Assembly (NCBI RefSeq): GCF_030028105.1
Contig: NC_092384.1
Coordinates: forward strand, 12,612,316 to 12,676,315
Reading direction: 5' to 3'
Length of the DNA stretch: 64,000 nucleotides
Source: Mobula birostris
Lineage: Eukaryota
Position numbers and translations under genes: made by a program. Under the pieces are notes generated by a model, which was not told the DNA's origin, did not search any database, and saw nothing but the letters and a program-made list of their open reading frames with translations. How positions within the stretch are numbered: the stretch's first letter is position 1; every line of letters begins with the position of its first letter. This document shows positions 62,254-64,000 of this stretch, piece by piece.

Positions 62254-64000
62254 TGTCATTCCGGCGTAGTATTTGTCGAGACTTGGACACAGCAACGCTT
62301 CGTTGCCTGCTTGTATTCCGCCTTTCTTGAGAAATTGAGCTGTCGAGTCAACAGACTCTGAAGACTACCCGTATGCTTTTATTCTTAGTTTTTCTTTTCA
62401 GCCACAGTGTAGGCTTCGCTTTCCATTTGAGAGATTTAGTTAACGGTCCTGCTTGGCCAAGCGTTTATTATTTTCTTTTCCTTTTAACACTGTTTGCATG
62501 AAAGTCTGTGAACTATCGACCTGCTTCAGTGTCTCTCACTCCACACTTGCGCCTTATCCGAACCTGGTGACAGTATCAGTCTATGAAATTACAGATAAGA
62601 TTATAAATGGTAGCAACATTTAAGGTGTATATATTTAGCTATTTTTGTTCGTCTACCAGCTTTAACGAAGTTGAACAGTTTATTTGTGTAACGTGTGGAA
62701 TGTGGCCCCGTCATGCTCTGAAATACCAAAATTTAGGATGTATATTGCAACAGCCTAAAAAGTTCTAGTGTTGAACACCAAAGGTCACTTCAAAGCTTGA
62801 AGGGTGCAATCAACAGAAAATCTATATTTTTAAAAATTTGCGTAGTGTTCCCTACATCTGCGTTTTGTGCAATGAAACTAGGTAAATGCTTGTTTGGAAA
62901 TGATTATTTAACTTTTTTGTTTCTATTATATATTGCAACACGTGTTTTCCTAAATGCTACATGTTTCCTTTTGTTTGTTTGTGGGTTATCTAAAGAAATC
63001 CAGTCAAATCAAGGAAGAAATTTTATGCCTGGATTATTCTAGCAGGTAGTTTATTAACTGGGAGCCAAGCAGATTACCTCGCCTGCGTACGATCCAGAAT
63101 CACAAGGAGCCTTAGAAAGGTTCCATTCTACCCTCAGAACCATGATTAGGACGTGTTGTGTTGAAAATGAGAAGGATTGGGATGAGGGAGTTCATTTGCT
63201 TTTATTTACATTACGGGAGTCAGTGCAGGAGTCCCTAGGCTTTAGTCCCTTTGAACCTGTGTTAGGGCACAGAGTCCGAGGACCTTTGGCATTGTTAAAA
63301 GAACAGTGGGTTAACGCAACACTACATAGTAATTTGCTGGATTGTGTCTTAAAATCTAAGGAAATATTGCAAAAAGCTTGCAGCTTAGCAAGGGAAAATT
63401 TAAAATTTGCTCAGGAAAGAAGGAAAACTTAGTATGAAAAGGAAGCTAGAATGAGGTCATTCAAGCCGGGAGATAAGATGCTGGCTCTTTTCCCTGTGTA
63501 AGCGAACCCTTTTCAAGCTAAATTTCATGGTTCTTAAGAGATAATATCTAAAGTTAATAATGTGGACTAGTTGGTAAAAATACCAGATCGACAAAGGCCA
63601 AAGCAGCTTTGTCATGTAAACATGATAAAACTATCTTATGAAAAACAATCCGCCGCTATGACTGTTGGTCTCAATAACAATGAGTCTGACCTCCCTGGGA
63701 ACTTGGTAGTTGGTCCATCTGAGGCTGATTTTAAACCAAACATTATTTCTGCCAGTCTAACAAATTCGTCAATTTTGGAAAATATTGTTGAGAAATTGGC
63801 TCATTTGCAGCCACAGCAGCGGCAGCAAATAAAGCAGTTAATTATGAAATTTAGGGATTTATTTCCATACCTTCCAAAAAAAAACACTGTAGCCTCACAT
63901 GATGTAGATGTTGGAAACGCCAAACCCATAAGGCACCATCCATATCGAATGAACGTGGAAAAATGTACTCTTGCCGAGCAAGAAATTAAGTATATGTTAG
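62254..64000 (+). mobile_element. Gmr1-like Gypsy LTR retrotransposon (candidate 5' LTR 62254-62572, integrase upstream of RT), running off the window
   Basis: TGTCA..TGACA termini; EIQSNQG..ESQGALERFHSTL..GFSPFE (integrase), PGDKML..CHVNMIK, then HDVDVGNAKPIRHHPYRM..EIKYML (start of RT). Confidence 0.82.

Noticed and set aside
62608-62618. tggtagca as a tRNA-iMet primer-binding site
   Set aside because: The match is short and lies about 36 nt from the proposed LTR end rather than adjacent to it.
1-64000. Prokaryotic operon, defence system or CRISPR array
   Set aside because: The DNA is intron-containing and dominated by vertebrate LINEs; there are no repeat-spacer arrays and no cas-like ORFs.

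Overview
Vertebrate genomic DNA, not prokaryotic. The repeat landscape (CR1 with SGNH-esterase ORF1, Penelope, L2, L1/Tx1, Gypsy, Tc1) suggests a cartilaginous fish, probably a ray; this is an inference. Most of the window is transposon debris. Embedded in it is a tandem cluster of a multi-exon Ig-superfamily surface receptor that the six-frame track shows only as fragments. Two copies are intact over four exons (leader, germline-joined VJ-type domain, C1-set domain, transmembrane exon), with phase-1 GT-AG junctions: copy 1 at 9498-17128 and copy 2 at 39061-42752. A third, broken copy (about 60835-62253) has no leader or V exon in the window, and its C1 exon is cut by a Gmr1-type LTR element. 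The two intact copies differ at the transmembrane segment: copy 2 has an N-terminal Arg and copy 1 is uncharged. This looks like a paired activating/non-activating receptor family of the NKp30/SIRP/B7-H6-like VJ-C1 type. The V domain has only 58 residues between its cysteines, which is VNAR-like. The paralogs also serve as each other's empty-site controls for dating many TE insertions. Cytoplasmic exons are tentative. TE boundaries without a stated TSD are approximate.
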